From Anolis carolinensis (taxonomy: Eukaryota), in contig NC_085846.1 in assembly GCF_035594765.1 (NCBI RefSeq), positions 20,633,190-20,697,189 on the forward strand: a stretch of DNA of 64,000 nucleotides, read 5' to 3'. A program made the translations under genes and the position numbers. Under the pieces are notes generated by a model. It saw only the letters and a list, made by a program, of their open reading frames with translations. It did no database searches and was not told the origin of the DNA. Of this stretch, positions 60,262 to 64,000 are shown piece after piece. Numbering within the stretch: position 1 is the stretch's first letter; each line of letters begins with the position of its first letter.

Positions 60262-61940
60262 GTAATTGGTTCCAGTATGATAGCTGTGTTGTTATTTTAC
60301 TTTCCCCTGTCCAAGGTGGTTGATTAAGACTTTTCATTTCTTGATTCAAGGATGGTAGTTAAAATTGATACTGTGTTTTACTGATATTTATGTAGGGAAG
60401 GAAGACAAGCTTCCATAAAGAGGGTGACATCAACTTCTCCTAAATCACCGATTTAAGTGGGAATATTCTTTCTGAGGCTTGATCTACAATGACCATTTGA
60501 TGAAGTTTGAAGTTAACTGTGGCAGCCAGATAACCAACTCCTGCAAAATTACATGAAAGAAAACCACTAATATGCTTTAGTGCTTCAAACTAATTCCAGG
60601 ATTTCATTGTAATCATCTGAACAGAAAAACCATTTTCTTCAATACCAGTTTGAAACTGCATTAAATGATCAGTGTAAAATCTGGTATCTTAGACCACTAA
60701 AAGTGAGTAAATTCTCTGTAGAATCTTTTAGGTTGCTACTGTTGCTACCCTTGTATTCTTTTCACTTCTACACAACTGCAGTTCAGAGTGCATCTATGCT
60801 GTAGAATTATTACAGTTTCATGTCACTTTAACAGCCATGGTTCAGTGCTATGCAACCATGGGAACTCTAGGCACCAGAATTATTTGGCAGAAAAATCTAA
60901 AGACCTGGAATTATGATTCCATAGAATTGAGCCATGGCAGTTAAAATGATGGCAAACTGCATTAAGCCTACTATTTAGATGCAAACTAAAATACTCCTCA
61001 CAAGATTCCAGCTCCATTTGTAATGCATATTGAATGACTCCTTGTTGCATCATTTGTAGGCTAGAGTAGTTTATATTATTTTGCTTTATTTACTAGCAAA
61101 ACTACCTAGTTATTCATTTCACTTTCATCCTACCCCAGTGCATATTTTGTAAGTGTATGATAGTCTTTCCTTTTTTCTCTGTATCTCCCTCTTCCAATTC
61201 TCATTGATCCTACACCATAGACCCTATACCACCTACATAGGCGTCTGCATCCACACTGCAAAAGTCTGTGGAATGCACAATGGCAATCAAGACAGTTGTG
61301 TTTGGCTTCAATTGGGAAATTAACCCAACTGTCCTCACTGGCATTACATTTGAGAGAGATTGGGTAAATTGGGGCATGACTGCATTCAGGTGACTTAATC
61401 TTGGATTACTCCAGGGTAGCATAAAGCCACCATAGGACTGATTTTTATCTATACAGACTTAAATGGTTAATGTAGATGTGCCCTAAGTTTCAAGGCAGTA
61501 AACAACAAGATTAATTGCACTGCAAAGAAATAACAAGTGAATACAATTCACTACTTTTTAAGAAAACTACTTTTGACTTTATATGGGCATTTTGACTTTA
61601 TCTTCCACAGCTGTTCTGACTACTATGTGATTTTTGCAGGTGCTGAATTATATTCCTTCACATGTTTTGTACCCAATACATCTCATAAACTATTCAGAAG
61701 ACTGTGGTAGGACATGCACTAAAACCAAGATGTTTTGACACTGGCATTGGATTCAGAGACCACCAGCGCTTGTGATATATCCTTCCATCTCCACTCACCC
61801 TCCACAGTAATACATGCTACTTCAAGTCACTATAGTCATATAATTGGATTTCATCTTATTGCAATGTATAATACTTCTCTTGCTTCACTTAACAGTTTCT
61901 ATGCTTTTAATTGTTGCTTCTGCCTTTGCTAGAAATAGAA

Positions 61941-62867
61941 ATGGACAAACAAAACCAGACCTCCATTGTAACATATTTTGTCCTCTTAAGATTTTCAAAT
62001 TACACAGCAATGCAGGTTTTCCTATTCTTGGTATTTTTCTCTGTGTATGGCATAACCTTGCTGGGGAATTTTACAATTATTATAGTAATAAAGTGTAACA
62101 ATCACCTCAGTACTCCAATGTATTTTTTCCTTAGTTATCTGGCGTTTCTAGATATCTGTTTTTCTTCAGTCACTGTGCCAAAGCTGCTAGAGATTTTGTT
62201 TGTGAGCCAGAAAATTTCATATAATGGCTGTCTCATTCAGATGTTTTGTCTTTGCCTCACAGCAGGCACTGAAACATTCCTTCTGTCAGCAATGGCTTAT
62301 GACCGATTTGTTGCCATTTGCAAGCCTCTGTATTATGTACAAATCATGAATAGAGCATTTTGTAGACAGTTAGTAGGTGGTGCATGGACAATAGGGACTG
62401 GATATGCTATGACAAATACGTTGTCTGTATTGAAACTAGTCTTCTGTGAATCAAATATTATCAGTAACTTCAGCTGTGAGTTTCCATCTCTCCTGGCCCT
62501 ATCCTGCACAGACACTTCCCTGAATGCAATGATACTTTTTATAACTGGTGGTACAGTTGGGGTTTCTTCATTCTTTATTATTATCTTGTCCTACAGTTAT
62601 ATTATCTCTACTATCCTGAAAATACATTCAGCAGAAGCCAAAAGAAAAACTTTCTCCACATGTAGTTCTCATTTAATTGTTGTAATTTTATACTATAGCA
62701 TGGGGTCATTTAGGTACCTGAGGCCTGAAACAGCTTCTTCAATAGTTATAGATACACTCTTTTCTATCCAATATAACATTGCAACATCCATGTTAAACCC
62801 CATTATCTACAGCTTGAAGACCAGAGAAGTGAAGGAGGGCATCAAGAAGCTAATGGGATATAAATAA
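61941..62867 (+). CDS. Olfactory receptor, OR8S1/OR5BS-like, 308 aa
   Basis: ATG at 61941 (MDKQNQTS; ORF-track TTG at 61911 precedes acceptor AG 61931-61932). GN, PMYFFL, TAGTE, MAYDRFVAICKPL, KTFSTCSSHL, FSIQY, LNPIIYSLK. Confidence 0.93.
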   Translation: MDKQNQTSIVTYFVLLRFSNYTAMQVFLFLVFFSVYGITLLGNFTIIIVIKCNNHLSTPMYFFLSYLAFLDICFSSVTVPKLLEILFVSQKISYNGCLIQMFCLCLTAGTETFLLSAMAYDRFVAICKPLYYVQIMNRAFCRQLVGGAWTIGTGYAMTNTLSVLKLVFCESNIISNFSCEFPSLLALSCTDTSLNAMILFITGGTVGVSSFFIIILSYSYIISTILKIHSAEAKRKTFSTCSSHLIVVILYYSMGSFRYLRPETASSIVIDTLFSIQYNIATSMLNPIIYSLKTREVKEGIKKLMGYK

Positions 62868-62887
62868 TTGATTTTATCTAGAGCATA

Positions 62888-63190
62888 AAATGTTCCCCCG
62901 CTACTTTGCGGTTCGGTTTTCATGGACCCGCTGATTCACGGATTTTCTAGAGGCTTCTGGAACGTGGCCATACAGCCCACACAAAAGGGCCTCAGCTGAG
63001 GCGCCTGGCCTGGCCTGGCTCCAAGGGCTCACAATGGCCCGCCACGGCTTTGAGCAGTACATTAAAAGTGGTATGGAGAGAGGGAGGGATGCTATATTTA
63101 TTAAAATAAATATAGCATCCCTACTTCACGGATTTTCACTTTCACGGGTGGTCCTGAAACATAACCCCCACGATAAGTGAGGGAACACTG
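62888..63190. mobile_element. Tigger-like MITE 20 bp after OR stop codon
   Basis: Right TIR GATAAGTGAGGGAACACTG followed by TA, degenerate left TIR AAATGTTCCCCCGC after TA; repeated TTCACGGATTTTC. Confidence 0.75.
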
Positions 63191-63362
63191 TAATGTAATT
63201 TGATCATCGGTCAATGAATTGGCTCACTATCTAGTTAACAAGCCAATATAGTAGGTTTTCCATGCACACAGTTAATAAAACTATTTTGCCACAGTGAATA
63301 TATTGAAATAAATTGATAATATGGCTAATTTCACTGATTCATGGACCTCACTTTGTCTAGAG

Positions 63363-63485
63363 CAGTGGTTCTCAACCTGTGGGTCCCCAGGTGTGGTGTC
63401 CTACAGCTCCCAGAAATCTTAGCCCGTTCACCAGCTGTTAGGGTTTCTGGAAGTTGAAGGCCAAAACACAAGTTGAGAACCACTG
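63363..63485. mobile_element. hAT (Charlie-like) MITE
   Basis: TIR CAGTGGTTCTCAAC / GTTGAGAACCACTG; perfect 8-bp TSD GTCTAGAG; partial relative at about 59095-59144. Confidence 0.92.
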
Positions 63486-64000
63486 GTCTAGAGTCACCTC
63501 ATGAGAAATAAAAAGTAATATTGGTTTTAATTATAATGAAATGAGCTTGATTTATTTTGCTTAGATAATGGTCTTCAACTTTTAGCAGTCTTATTGCTTT
63601 GTGAGCTCTGCATCATGAAATGTTTTCTGTACTAACTGAACCCTCATTTCAGTAATTTGACCTTCAGATATTCTAGTTTATGTGGATTTACTATAGTGTA
63701 ATATAGTGTTTCAATGAGGAGAATCCAACATGGACTTTGTATTGTTAGAGTGTTTATTGTTGTTTTACTTTTTATTGTAGGAAACAATCTACAACAAAAT
63801 ACAATAAAGTGCTCTAACATGAAATCAAATTCTTAAAGAGCAAAAACAGAATACTAGCAATGTATAATTTTATAAGTATAATAAATTCCTATGTGGATTT
63901 GTATTCGTAATAATGTTTATAGTCAAGAATGAGTAAATGATAACAAAATGGGAATCTGAGCCACCTTCAATGGCAAGTTGGCAACTGCATGTGGAATGCA

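Overview
Eukaryotic, AT-rich, repeat-rich genomic DNA from a squamate reptile. The Sauria SINE, L2-tailed SINEs, Penelope/Poseidon element and Tc1/mariner MITE families point to an anole lizard (inference). The window is part of a class II olfactory receptor (OR) cluster. It holds eight intact single-coding-exon OR genes (two OR4D-like, one OR11L1-like, one OR5V1-like, one OR6-family, three OR8S1-like) plus a short OR4D-like pseudogene fragment missing from the ORF track. Each CDS has a pyrimidine-tract/AG splice acceptor just upstream of its ATG, so three ORF-track starts (GTG/TTG) are corrected. Intergenic DNA contains a Helitron 3' end, CR1, L2, RTE and RTEX-like LINE fragments, Penelope fragments, SINEs, Tc1/mariner, hAT and Harbinger-like MITEs, and microsatellites. 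Most notable: minimal hammerhead ribozyme motifs in the Penelope 3' ends (one with an intact core); a duplicated OR promoter-like block whose second copy has no gene; ORs with concerted loss of conserved motifs; twin hairpins hiding both AATAAA hexamers right after one OR stop codon; a 710-bp long-TIR foldback element; and co-location of OR subfamilies that are on different chromosomes in human. No wholly new multi-gene system is evident. Family assignments come from remembered sequences and motifs, not from database searches.
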